NCBI GenBank assembly: GCA_050330935.1
Contig: JBHJHL010000003.1
Coordinates: 1 to 63,877 of the forward strand
Reading direction: 5' to 3'
Source of the DNA: Sphingomonadaceae bacterium
Lineage (GTDB): Bacteria > Pseudomonadota > Alphaproteobacteria > Sphingomonadales > Sphingomonadaceae
Length of the DNA stretch: 63,877 nt
This document shows positions 7,209 to 16,351 of this stretch, piece after piece. The notes under the pieces are model-generated. The model was not told where the DNA came from. It saw nothing but the letters and a program-made list of their open reading frames with translations, and did not search any database. Both the position numbers and the translations under genes were made by a program. How positions within the stretch are numbered: the first letter of the stretch is position 1; every line of letters starts with the position of its first letter.

Positions 7209-9551
7209 TCAGGCGGCGACATGGTAACGCGGCGGCGCATCGATCATCTCGCGCGCGGCCTTGCCCGACAGCGGCCGCGAATGGACGAAGCCCTGAATGC
7301 GGTCGCAGCCGAGCTTGGCGATAAGATCGAGCTGCTCTTTGGTCTCGACGCCTTCGGCGACGGTCACCATGTCGAGCGTTTCGGCCAGCGCGACGACCGC
7401 CTTGATGACGGCAAGGCTGTCGGTGTCCTTCTCCTTAGCGATGAGAACGAAGCTGCGGTCGATCTTGAGGGTGTCGAAATGGGTGGTGCGCAGATAGCCC
7501 AATGAGGAGTAGCCGGTGCCGAAATCGTCCATCGCCAGCCTGACGCCGAGGCCGTGAATGCGGTGGAAGGACTGTTCGGCGAGCGGGGTGAGGTTCAAAA
7601 AGGCGGTCTCGGTGATTTCCAGCTCGAGCCGCCTGGGATCGATGCCAGACAGCGACAGGGCCGAGACCAGCGTGCCGACGAAAGAAGGCTCCTGCAACTG
7701 CCGCGGCGAGATGTTGACCGAGACCGAGATTTCATCCGGCCAGCCGGCGGCCTCGCTGCAGGCGGTGCGCAGCACCCATTCGCCGATCCGGCCGATGAGC
7801 CCGGTCTCCTCGGCGATCGGGATGAAGCGGTCGGGCCCGATCTGGCCGAGCTCGGCGCTCGTCCAGCGGATCAGAGCCTCGAAGCTGGCGATACGGCCGG
7901 CTTTAACGTCGATCACCGGCTGGTAGACGAGACTGAACTCGCCTTTTTCGAGCGCCGTGCGCAGCGCCACCTCGATTTGCCGGCGCTCTTCGGCTTCCGC
8001 GTGCAGGCTGGGCTCGTAGAAGCGCAGTTCGTCGCCGCCATCTTCCTTGGCCCGGTAGAGAGCTAGATCGGCGTTGCGGATAATCTCCTCGACTCGCGAG
8101 CCGTCCTTGGGAACGAGCGCGGCGCCGATGCTCGCGCCGACAAACAGACGCTGGTCGTCATAAGTGAAGGGCGTCTGAAGGGCAGCGATGATCTTGCGTC
8201 CCAACTGCTCGATCGCCGCCCGGCTCACCGCTTCGGGGACGACGAGCGCGAACTCGTCGCCGCCGAGGCGCCCGACGGTCATTCCTCCCCCGACGAGGCT
8301 GTCGAGCCGGGCGGCAACCTGGATGAGAAGATGATCCCCCGCGACGTGGCCGAGCGCGTCGTTGACGGTCTTGAAACGATCTAGATCGATGAGCAGCAGC
8401 GCGCACTGGCCGCCGCGCCGCACCGCCTTGTCGAGCGCCTCCTCCATCGCCTCAATGAGCTGGAAGCGGTTGGGAAGCCCGGTAAGGGCGTCATGGCGGG
8501 CCATGTGGCTGATCTTGTCGGCGGCGCGTTTCTGCTCGGTGACGTCGGATCCGACGCCGCGATAGCCGGTGAAGCGGCCGCGCTGATTGTAGCGTGGCCG
8601 GGCTGAAATCTCGATGCTGCGTGCTTCGCCCTCATAGTGAACGGGGAGGATGAACTCGTTCAGCGTCTGGCGGTTTTGGAGCGCCTCCAGCAGGCGGTCA
8701 TATTCCTCCTTGGCCTCGGGATTGCGCCGGCACTGCTCGTCGAGCATATCGCGCAGCGAAAGGCCTTCCAGCTCGTCGGCCTTGCGGCCGATGGCGCGGG
8801 CGAAGCGCGCAGAGACGTTATGGAAGCGCAGCTGGCCATCGGTCTGCCACAGCCAGTCGGCATCGCTGTTCTCGAACTCGCGCAGCAGCAGGCTGATCGT
8901 CTCGGTGCGTTCCTCGAGCTCGAACTCGACGAATTTACGCTCCATATAGGCGCGCCCGTTGGCGACGACGACGATCATCAGCCCGATCGTGTAGACGATC
9001 GGGATGCCGATCACCGCGAGCGAGGTGGTGGGGATGAACAGGCTCCAGATGGCCGCCCCCAGGATGGCGATATAGGCGATCGCCGCCGGCGGCACGGTGA
9101 CGAAGACGAAAGCTGCACCCGCCATCATTCCGACGGTGACGATGCAGATAGCGAGCTGTTCGGCGGGGCTAGCCAGGCCGAAGAAGAACACCGCCGGTGC
9201 CGCCCACACGAAGCCGAACAATATGCTGTGATAGGCGGCTCTTTCGATCGCCCGGCGGGGCACCAGATGAAGCTCGCGCGAAAGCGCGCGCCTTTGATAG
9301 CGCGCCGCGACCAGCATCGCGCTGGCGATCGCCAGCAGCCATGCGCTCAGCTGCCAGTCGGGTACCGAGGCGTAGAGAATCGCCACCAGCAGCAGCGCGT
9401 TGATCGCATGGCCCCAGGCGGCGAGGGTGACGCCATGGGCCATTTCGCGCACTTGCGCGGCCCTCACCCGGCCCCATCCCTTGCGGCCGGTTGGCACGGC
9501 GTGGTTGAAGACGACCCGCCAGTTCATATCGGCCAGCATGCGCTTGCTCAT
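7209..9551 (-). CDS. Membrane-anchored PAS-GGDEF-EAL c-di-GMP enzyme
   Basis: N-terminal TMs, PAS, RLGGDEF, FEALIRW, DDFGTGYSSL. Confidence 0.93.
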   Translation of the reverse strand: MSKRMLADMNWRVVFNHAVPTGRKGWGRVRAAQVREMAHGVTLAAWGHAINALLLVAILYASVPDWQLSAWLLAIASAMLVAARYQRRALSRELHLVPRRAIERAAYHSILFGFVWAAPAVFFFGLASPAEQLAICIVTVGMMAGAAFVFVTVPPAAIAYIAILGAAIWSLFIPTTSLAVIGIPIVYTIGLMIVVVANGRAYMERKFVEFELEERTETISLLLREFENSDADWLWQTDGQLRFHNVSARFARAIGRKADELEGLSLRDMLDEQCRRNPEAKEEYDRLLEALQNRQTLNEFILPVHYEGEARSIEISARPRYNQRGRFTGYRGVGSDVTEQKRAADKISHMARHDALTGLPNRFQLIEAMEEALDKAVRRGGQCALLLIDLDRFKTVNDALGHVAGDHLLIQVAARLDSLVGGGMTVGRLGGDEFALVVPEAVSRAAIEQLGRKIIAALQTPFTYDDQRLFVGASIGAALVPKDGSRVEEIIRNADLALYRAKEDGGDELRFYEPSLHAEAEERRQIEVALRTALEKGEFSLVYQPVIDVKAGRIASFEALIRWTSAELGQIGPDRFIPIAEETGLIGRIGEWVLRTACSEAAGWPDEISVSVNISPRQLQEPSFVGTLVSALSLSGIDPRRLELEITETAFLNLTPLAEQSFHRIHGLGVRLAMDDFGTGYSSLGYLRTTHFDTLKIDRSFVLIAKEKDTDSLAVIKAVVALAETLDMVTVAEGVETKEQLDLIAKLGCDRIQGFVHSRPLSGKAAREMIDAPPRYHVAA

Positions 9552-9614
9552 GGGCTCTCCAGGGCAAGCTCTAGGCGGGAAGGTTTAGTAAATAGTTAGC
9601 CTAATCCGGCGCAC

Positions 9615-11477
9615 TCAGGCGGCCATTTCATAAGGCTGGATCTCGCCCGAAAGATAGAGCGAACGCGCCTTGGCCCGGCTGAGCTTGCCCGAACTGGTCC
9701 GCGGCAGCGTCCGCGGCGGCACCAGTTCGATGACGCAGCTCATGCCCGTGATCGCCCGCACCCGCTCGCCGATCTCCTCGCGCAGCCGGGCGCGTTCGGC
9801 AGGATCGGAGGTGCGGCACTGGACGAGGACGGCCGGGGTCTCCTCGCCGCCGGGAGCGGTGATCGCGAAGGCGGCGATGTCGCCGGCCTTGAACCCCGGC
9901 AGCTGCTCGACCGCCCATTCGATGTCCTGCGGCCAGTGGTTGCGGCCGTTGATGATGATCATGTCCTTGGCGCGGCCGACGATATAGATATAGCCGCGGG
10001 ACATATAGCCCATGTCGCCGGTGTCGAGCCATCCGTCGGCGTCGAGGCAGGCGCGGGTCGCTTCCTCGTCGCGGAAATAGCCCGCCATCACCGAAGGCCC
10101 GCGCACATGCACCCGGCCGATCGTGCCGTCCGCCAGCAGCGAGCCGTCCTCGTCGCGGATCTCGACCTCCATGTCGCGCACCGGGCGGCCGCAATTGACC
10201 ACCGCCCGGTAGCGCTGCGGCCGTTCGCGGTCCTCCGGATCGGTGCCAGCGAGCAAGGTTTCCTCGATCAGCTCGACGACGATGCCTTCGCCGGGAGGCA
10301 TCAGCGAGACCGCGAGCGTCGCCTCGGCGAGGCCGTAGCTCGGCAGAAAGGCCCTGGGGTCGAAGCCGGCATCGGCGAAGGCATCGACGAAGGCCTGCAT
10401 CACGTCCGGCCGGATCATGTCGGCGCCATTGCCGGCGATCCGCCAGCGGGAAAGGTCGAAGCGTTCGGCGACGTCGATCTGGCTCGACACGCGACGGGCG
10501 CAGATATCATAGCCGAAGGTCGGCGAATAGCTGAGCGAATAGCCTTCGTTGCGGCTGATGAGATCGAGCCAGGCGAGCGGGCGGCGGGCGAAATCCTCGG
10601 TCTTGAGATAGTCGGTCGAAACCTGGTTGGCGACCGGCGACAGCAGGCAGCCGACGAGCCCCATGTCGTGATACCAGGGCAGCCAGGAAATGCAGCGGTC
10701 GTTTTCCTCGAGCTCGGTGCCGTGCGCGTGCGCGGCGAGATTGTTGAGCAGCGCCTCGTGGGTGATCGCGACGCCATGGGGAAAGCGCGTCGAGCCGCTC
10801 GAATATTGCAGATAGGCGATGTCCTTGGACTTCGCCTCGCAAAGCTCGGCGGGCGCGGCTTCGCGGCCGGCGAAATCTTCCCAGTCGATCGCGGGAACGC
10901 CGCTTTCGGCGGTCGCCCCCGCGATGAGCCCGGCGAGCTCGCCAGGATAGAGCAGCAGCGCCGGGTCCGAGCTTTGGAGCTGCGCGCCAAGCTGCACAGC
11001 ATAGGCTTCCTTGCCGCCGAAGGAGGTGGGAAGGGGAAGCGGGACCGGCCAGATGCCGGCATAGACGGCGCCGAAGAACAGCGCCGCGAATTCGGGGCCG
11101 GTTTCGGCGATCAGCGCCAGCCGGTCGCCTGGCTTCAGACCTTCTGCGATCAGCCGATAGGCGGCGCGCAACGCATCCTCACGCAGTTCGCTGTAGGGAT
11201 AGGCGCGGATCAGCCGCCCGCGCGGATCGTGGAAGTTGAGCCCGCGTCTGCCCCGGGCAGCGTAGTCGAGCGCTTCGCTGAGCGTCGCGAAGTCCGACAG
11301 ACGCCTCGGGAGGCCATCCTCGGTCGGGGTAGGCGCAATGTCGCTCCCGTCCGTCCGAACATCGGGTCCGTCGATCGATTGAAGCACCTTTGCAAACCTC
11401 GCCTGGTTATTGTGTCTTGCCGGGCCTTGTCGGGCGCGCACAAGCCGGCGCCCGGAAATCCGGCCACAAGCGTTCAA
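9615..11477 (-). CDS. Fatty acyl-AMP ligase (start uncertain, probably near 11340-11390)
   Basis: YLQYSSGSTRFPHGV, SWLPWYHDMGL, YGLAEATL, PRTSSGK. Confidence 0.9.
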   Translation of the reverse strand: MNACGRISGRRLVRARQGPARHNNQARFAKVLQSIDGPDVRTDGSDIAPTPTEDGLPRRLSDFATLSEALDYAARGRRGLNFHDPRGRLIRAYPYSELREDALRAAYRLIAEGLKPGDRLALIAETGPEFAALFFGAVYAGIWPVPLPLPTSFGGKEAYAVQLGAQLQSSDPALLLYPGELAGLIAGATAESGVPAIDWEDFAGREAAPAELCEAKSKDIAYLQYSSGSTRFPHGVAITHEALLNNLAAHAHGTELEENDRCISWLPWYHDMGLVGCLLSPVANQVSTDYLKTEDFARRPLAWLDLISRNEGYSLSYSPTFGYDICARRVSSQIDVAERFDLSRWRIAGNGADMIRPDVMQAFVDAFADAGFDPRAFLPSYGLAEATLAVSLMPPGEGIVVELIEETLLAGTDPEDRERPQRYRAVVNCGRPVRDMEVEIRDEDGSLLADGTIGRVHVRGPSVMAGYFRDEEATRACLDADGWLDTGDMGYMSRGYIYIVGRAKDMIIINGRNHWPQDIEWAVEQLPGFKAGDIAAFAITAPGGEETPAVLVQCRTSDPAERARLREEIGERVRAITGMSCVIELVPPRTLPRTSSGKLSRAKARSLYLSGEIQPYEMAA

Positions 11478-11491
11478 ATTCGAATGCGACT

Positions 11492-12046
11492 ATGGCACAA
11501 TCATGGCACGTGCCCGCCAGATCCTCCCGAAAAGCCGCCAAGCCGCTGGATTCAAAGGCCTTAAGGGCGCTCGCGCTCGCTTATGTGGGGCGCTATGCGA
11601 CCAGCAGGGCCAGGCTCGGTCGCTATCTGCGGCGCAAGATTGCCGAACGCGGCTGGGGCGGCGAGGGCGAGCCCCCGGTGGCGGCGCTCATCGAGCAGCT
11701 GGCCGCGCTCGGTTATGTGGATGACCGAGCTTTCGCGCTCGCCCGCGCGCGCTCCCTCGGCCGCCGCGGCTATGGCGAGCACCGCGTCGCGGGCGCGCTG
11801 CGGGAGGCGGGGATAGAGGAAGAAGATGCCGAGGCCGTCATCGGCGAGGCGCGCGACGAGGCGCTCGCCACCGCGCTGCGTTTCGCCGCGCGGCGGGGCA
11901 TCGGCCCTTTCGCCGAGGAACGCACCGATCGCAAAGGGCGTGAGAAGGCGCTCGCCGCCATGGTGCGCGCCGGTCACCCCTTCGGGATTGCCCGTCTGAT
12001 CGTGGATTCGCCGCCGGGTGAAATTCCTGGATCGGACATTATTTGA
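11492..12046 (+). CDS. recX: RecX family regulator
   Basis: ALAYVGRYATSRARL..YLRRK, LGYVDDRAFA, AMVRAGH. Confidence 0.8.
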   Translation: MAQSWHVPARSSRKAAKPLDSKALRALALAYVGRYATSRARLGRYLRRKIAERGWGGEGEPPVAALIEQLAALGYVDDRAFALARARSLGRRGYGEHRVAGALREAGIEEEDAEAVIGEARDEALATALRFAARRGIGPFAEERTDRKGREKALAAMVRAGHPFGIARLIVDSPPGEIPGSDII

Positions 12047-12114
12047 AGGGATCGGGGCTGTTCACAAGCGGGCGCCGGCCGTGATAGGCTGATCGCTCCA
12101 TATTGGATGGGTCT

Positions 12115-12726
12115 ATGTCTGGTGGTGACGAGTTGCTGAGCGGAGAAGCTTCCGAACCGACCGAAGCCGAGGATGCCGGGCCGCCCGGCGAGGAGGAGGC
12201 ATCTGCCGACACCTCGCTGATGACGATGCGGGGACGGATCAAATGGTTCGATGCCACCCGCGGCTTCGGCTTTCTCGTGAGCGAGCAGGCAGATGGCGAC
12301 ATATTGGTCCATTTCAGCATCCTGCGCGAGCATGATCGCCGCTCGCTGCCAGAAGGAGCGATCATCGAATGTCTGGTCGCCGAACAGGAGCGGGGGCTGC
12401 AGGCGAAGAAAATCCTCTCGATCGACCTTTCCGAGGCGGTGCGGCAGCAGCCGCGGCCGGCGCTGCCGGATGACAGGGTAGATCCCTTCGAGCTGTTGAA
12501 ACATGCCAGCGAGTTCGTGCCCGTCCATGTCAAATGGTTCAATCGTCTGCGCGGCTACGGCTTTCTCGTCAGCGAGGATTGGGACGGTGACATTTTCATC
12601 CATATGGAGACGGTCCGCCGCGGCGGCCTTTCCGATCTCCATCCCGATCAGCCTCTGCTGGCACGGATCGCCGAAGGCAAGAAGGGGCCGCTGGCGGTCG
12701 AGGTGAGGCCCGACGATGCGGGCTAG
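12115..12726 (+). CDS. Tandem cold-shock domain protein
   Basis: Two CSDs: [18 protein letters not shown] and [18 protein letters not shown]. Confidence 0.92.
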   Translation: MSGGDELLSGEASEPTEAEDAGPPGEEEASADTSLMTMRGRIKWFDATRGFGFLVSEQADGDILVHFSILREHDRRSLPEGAIIECLVAEQERGLQAKKILSIDLSEAVRQQPRPALPDDRVDPFELLKHASEFVPVHVKWFNRLRGYGFLVSEDWDGDIFIHMETVRRGGLSDLHPDQPLLARIAEGKKGPLAVEVRPDDAG

Positions 12727-13201
12727 GGCCTGGGCCCTGCTCGCCGCGGCGTTCATCTTCACTCCGGCCTGTCAGGGGGAAAGCGAAAGAGCGGCCCCTA
12801 CCGCTTCGGCGTTGCCCGAACGCGCTCCCTCGGGCCTGCCGCTGGTTGCGGTCGAGATCCGGACCGATGCCGGCGTTCACCGCTTTATAGCCGAGGTCGC
12901 GCACAGTCCGGCCGAGCAGGCACGCGGCCTTATGTTTCGCGAGCGTCTCGGCCCCGACGAGGCGATGCTCTTTCCCTTTCAGGCGCCCAAGCGTGCCAGC
13001 TTCTGGATGAAAAACACGCCGATCCCGCTCGATATTCTCTTCATCCGCGCCGACGGCAGCATCGCCCGCATCGCCGCCCGGACCGAGCCCTATTCGCTCG
13101 CTCCGCTGCTTTCCGACGAGCCGGTGGCGGCGGTGCTCGAGATCAGGGGCGGGCGCGCCGCCGAGCTCGGCATCGATGAAGGCGATCATGTCCGCTGGTA
13201 G
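12716..13201 (+). CDS. DUF192 family lipoprotein
   Basis: [26 protein letters not shown]; signal peptide with Cys. Confidence 0.9.
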   Translation: MRARAWALLAAAFIFTPACQGESERAAPTASALPERAPSGLPLVAVEIRTDAGVHRFIAEVAHSPAEQARGLMFRERLGPDEAMLFPFQAPKRASFWMKNTPIPLDILFIRADGSIARIAARTEPYSLAPLLSDEPVAAVLEIRGGRAAELGIDEGDHVRW

Positions 13202-13247
13202 AGGGCGCTTGCGCTGGCGGCGGATTGGGAGCTAGGCGCGCCGGGAG

Positions 13248-13637
13248 ATGGGACTGTTCGGCAAGATCTTCACATGGTGGAACGGCGCCACGATCGGCAC
13301 CGCGATCCACACCGCGCGGCACGGCATAAAGGTCGGCAGCGATCATCTCGGCAATATCTATTACCGGTCGAAGGACGGCAAGCGCCGCTGGGTGATCTAC
13401 GACGGACCCAATGACGCCAGCACGGTGCCCCCCGAATGGCATGGCTGGCTGCACGGCACCTTCGACGAGCTGCCAGAGGAATTCCTGCCGCCGCGCCGCG
13501 GATTCGAGCGTCCGCCGACGCCCAATCTCACCGGCACCGACCGCGCCTATCGTCCGCCCGGCGCGATCGCGACCGGCGGCAGCCGCGCGCCGGCTACCGG
13601 CGACTATGAGGCCTGGACGCCGGGCGGCGGCGAATGA
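13248..13637 (+). CDS. NDUFA12-family complex I accessory protein
   Basis: VGSDHLGNIYY, RRWVIY, VPPEWHGWLH, PNLTGT, YEAWTP. Confidence 0.92.
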   Translation: MGLFGKIFTWWNGATIGTAIHTARHGIKVGSDHLGNIYYRSKDGKRRWVIYDGPNDASTVPPEWHGWLHGTFDELPEEFLPPRRGFERPPTPNLTGTDRAYRPPGAIATGGSRAPATGDYEAWTPGGGE

Positions 13638-14221
13638 GCATGCGCCTGATCCCGGTATTGGCCGCATGGGCCCTGCTCGCCGCGTGCGATTCCTCGTCCG
13701 ACATGCCCGTGCGCGAGTCCGGCGAGCCCGACGTGGAGACCGCCAAGGTTCCGCAGCGTGTCGATACTGCCGGCGAGGAGGTAACGCCGATGGCCGAGCG
13801 CGAGGCGGTGATCGGCCTTCTCAACAAGCGCAACGGCATTTCCCGCGACCTCAGGATGCGGCCCGGAGAAGCGGTGCGTGTCGATGGCGAGGTGATCGTG
13901 CGTCTCAGCGCCTGCGAGAAGACCGCCCCCTGGGAAGATCAGGATCTGACCGGCGCATTTCTCCAGCTCGACGTGAGGAACAGTGACGATCGCTATGAGC
14001 GCGTGTTTTCGGGCTGGGTGTATAAGGAATCGCCCTCGCTTAACGTCGTCGAGCATCCCGTCTACGACGTCTGGCCCAAAAGCTGCGCGATGAGATTTCC
14101 TGGCGAGGAGTCTTCGGTCGATGAGGATGAGGAGGAGGAAGAAGAAGAAAGCAGCGCGTCTAGCGCGGTGAAATCGCCTCCCCGCGAGGTTTCAAGCAAC
14201 TCGCCTAGCCTCGCGACATAA
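13634..14221 (+). CDS. DUF2155 family lipoprotein
   Basis: Lipobox LAAC; FSGWVY..SPSLNVVEHPVYDVWP..C. Confidence 0.85.
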   Translation: MSMRLIPVLAAWALLAACDSSSDMPVRESGEPDVETAKVPQRVDTAGEEVTPMAEREAVIGLLNKRNGISRDLRMRPGEAVRVDGEVIVRLSACEKTAPWEDQDLTGAFLQLDVRNSDDRYERVFSGWVYKESPSLNVVEHPVYDVWPKSCAMRFPGEESSVDEDEEEEEEESSASSAVKSPPREVSSNSPSLAT

Positions 14222-14751
14222 TCCGCCTGCGGCAGCTCGACCGCGCCGAGGCTTTTGAGATGCGGGGTCATGAACTGGCAGTCGAGCAGCTTGAAACGCC
14301 CATGTCTGAGCCGCGCGACGAGCCAGGCGAGCGCCACTTTCGAAGCGTCGCGTTCGGCCGAAAACATGCTCTCGCCGAAAAATGCCGGTCCGAGCCTCAC
14401 GCCGTAAAGTCCTCCCGCCAGCCGTCCACCGCGCCAGCATTCGATCGAATGCGCGTTGCCGAGCTCGTGCAAGGCGGCATAGCTTTTTTCAAGCAGCGGA
14501 TTGATCCAGGTTTCCGGGCGGTCGGCGCAGTGGCGAACGACTTCCGAAAAGGCGGCGTCGCGGGTTACCGTGAACCGGTCCGAGCGCACGATCTTCTTCA
14601 GCGAGCGCGACATCTTGAAATCCTCGATGGGGATCATCGCCCGCCTCAGCGGCTCGACCCAGAAGACATCGTCCGCGCTGCGGCTGTCGGCCATCGGAAA
14701 GACACCGATCGAATAGGCGCCGAGCAGCATATCGGGATCGATCATCGCCAT
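14062..14751 (-). CDS. aat: Leucyl/phenylalanyl-tRNA--protein transferase
   Basis: AYSIGVFPMA, AHSIECW, GGLYGV, FFGESMFS, LLDCQF.T.HL.SLGA. Confidence 0.95.
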   Translation of the reverse strand: MAMIDPDMLLGAYSIGVFPMADSRSADDVFWVEPLRRAMIPIEDFKMSRSLKKIVRSDRFTVTRDAAFSEVVRHCADRPETWINPLLEKSYAALHELGNAHSIECWRGGRLAGGLYGVRLGPAFFGESMFSAERDASKVALAWLVARLRHGRFKLLDCQFMTPHLKSLGAVELPQADYVARLGELLETSRGGDFTALDALLSSSSSSSSSSTEDSSPGNLIAQLLGQTS

Positions 14752-14784
14752 GATGCAGCGAAGTGGCGGTGAAGGCGCGGGCGA

Positions 14785-15099
14785 TCAACCGCCTTTTTCG
14801 GTGCCATTCTTCCTCGCCAGCCGCGTTTCGATGGCGCGCCATAGCTCCCCTGTTGCCCGCGCCGCCGGACTGCGCGGAGCGAAGCTACCGATCGGCTGGC
14901 GCTCGGCCATCGCCTCCATCAGGCTCGAGGAAGGGATCGCCGTCCAGCCGCCCAGAAGGAAGCTCGCCGCCGCCTGTCCGTCGAGATCCCAGAGCAAGGT
15001 CTTGCGCGCGGACAGCTTGGCCGCGCACCAGGCGAGATTGACCGCCAGGGTCGTTTTGCCGACCCCGCCCTTGACGCTGTAGACCGCGATTGACTTCAT
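14785..15099 (-). pseudogene. ParA/Soj-family ATPase with a large in-frame internal deletion
   Basis: KGGVGKTT and LWDLDGQ joined directly to C-terminal-like AP.SPAA..LW; only 104 aa. Confidence 0.7.
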
Positions 15100-15168
15100 A
15101 TGGTTCGGGGCTGTTCCTCCCGGCTCCCCCTAAGGCAGGGCGGGCCGGCATATGGGGTTTCGCCGCGG

Positions 15169-15516
15169 CTATAATATCTCCAGCACCACATCGGGCGGCC
15201 GGCACAGGCGCACGCCCTTTTCGGTCTCGACCAACGGCCGGTTGATGAGCACGGGATGTTCCATCATCGCGTCGAGGATTCGCTCGTCCTCGACCTCGGG
15301 CTCGAACAAGCCGAGCTCGAGCGCCTTTTGCTCCTTCACCCGCAAGCCTTCGCGCGGGCTTATGCCGGCCCGCTCGTAGAGCCGTTTCAGCTCTTCGCGC
15401 GAGGGGGGATTTTTGAGATATTCGATGATTTCGATCTCGGCGTCCTTTTCCTCGAGGATCGCCAGCGTGGTGCGCGAAGTGCCGCATTTGGGATTGTGAT
15501 AAATGGTCGCTTTCAA
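15169..15516 (-). CDS. arsC: ArsC-family (glutaredoxin-type) arsenate reductase
   Basis: TIYHNPKCGTSR, HPVLINRP, LCRP; TTG start after GGAAGGA. Confidence 0.9.
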   Translation of the reverse strand: MKATIYHNPKCGTSRTTLAILEEKDAEIEIIEYLKNPPSREELKRLYERAGISPREGLRVKEQKALELGLFEPEVEDERILDAMMEHPVLINRPLVETEKGVRLCRPPDVVLEIL

Positions 15517-15582
15517 TGTTTTCCTTCCTTTTATCCGCGGCACAAAAGGGCCGGAAGCGCGTGCCTCCGGCCCGCCCGCCGA

Positions 15583-16080
15583 TCAAGCCGCGGCTTGCGG
15601 GTTGACGGCCGCCTCGGCGATGTAGCTTAGATATTTGTCGGCTTCATAGACTTCGTCGAGATCGGTTTCGAGCTTGTCGACATGGTCCTGCTTGCCGAGC
15701 GCGTCGGCGAGCGCCTGGGCGGTGCCGTAACCGCAGATGCCGTAATGGGTCATGCGCTGCATCTGGGCGATGATCGCCGAATCGCGCAGCGCGCGGTCGC
15801 CATAACTCTCTTCGAGCGCATGTTTGCGCGCTTCCTTGACCAGTCCTTCCATGCCCTTGCAATGCTCGTCGCTAGGGTCCTCGCCGCAATCGCGGACCAG
15901 CTCGGCGACGAGCTTGTTGTGCTCCTCGATCTTGCGCACCGATTTGTCGAGCATCTCGCGCAGGCGATCGGATTCCGCCTTTTCGCTCATCTGCCGCACG
16001 ACCTTTATCATCTGCCGGTTGGCGCTGTAGAGGTCCTGCAGCTCATGGGTGTAGAGATCCTTGAGGCTGTCGATCGACAT
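15583..16080 (-). CDS. Ferritin-like DUF892/YciF stress protein
   Basis: LYTHELQDLYSA, CKGMEGLVKE, QRMTHYGICGYGT; GGAG RBS. Confidence 0.88.
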   Translation of the reverse strand: MSIDSLKDLYTHELQDLYSANRQMIKVVRQMSEKAESDRLREMLDKSVRKIEEHNKLVAELVRDCGEDPSDEHCKGMEGLVKEARKHALEESYGDRALRDSAIIAQMQRMTHYGICGYGTAQALADALGKQDHVDKLETDLDEVYEADKYLSYIAEAAVNPQAAA

Positions 16081-16117
16081 AAGATTTTCTCCTTTGGAAG
16101 ATTGCTCTCCCTTCCTC

Positions 16118-16142
16118 AACGCATGCCGCCGCCGACCGCTCC
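16118..16142 (-). promoter_or_regulatory. EcfG/SigT-like promoter
   Basis: GGAGC-N16-CGTT upstream of the DUF892 gene. Confidence 0.45.
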
Positions 16143-16238
16143 CCGTCCCGGCGCGGCTCGGCGCCGGTTCGGCTGGCGGGGGAGACATATACGCGGCGTC
16201 GCCGAAAGCTGGGAGGGCCTTGGGTCCTCGCCCGGCAG

Positions 16239-16351
16239 CCCGATCCTTGCGGGCGAGCCACTCCTCCAGATGGCTGGTCCGGGTCGCCCTATTGCTCGGA
16301 GGGTTCGGCCCCCGGACGAACCCGATCCTCGCGGGCGAGCCACTCCTCCAG
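16239..16351 (-). repeat. Duplication of the accC 3' end
   Basis: 31-bp direct repeat, 16239-16269 vs 16321-16351, 1 mismatch. Confidence 0.85.
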
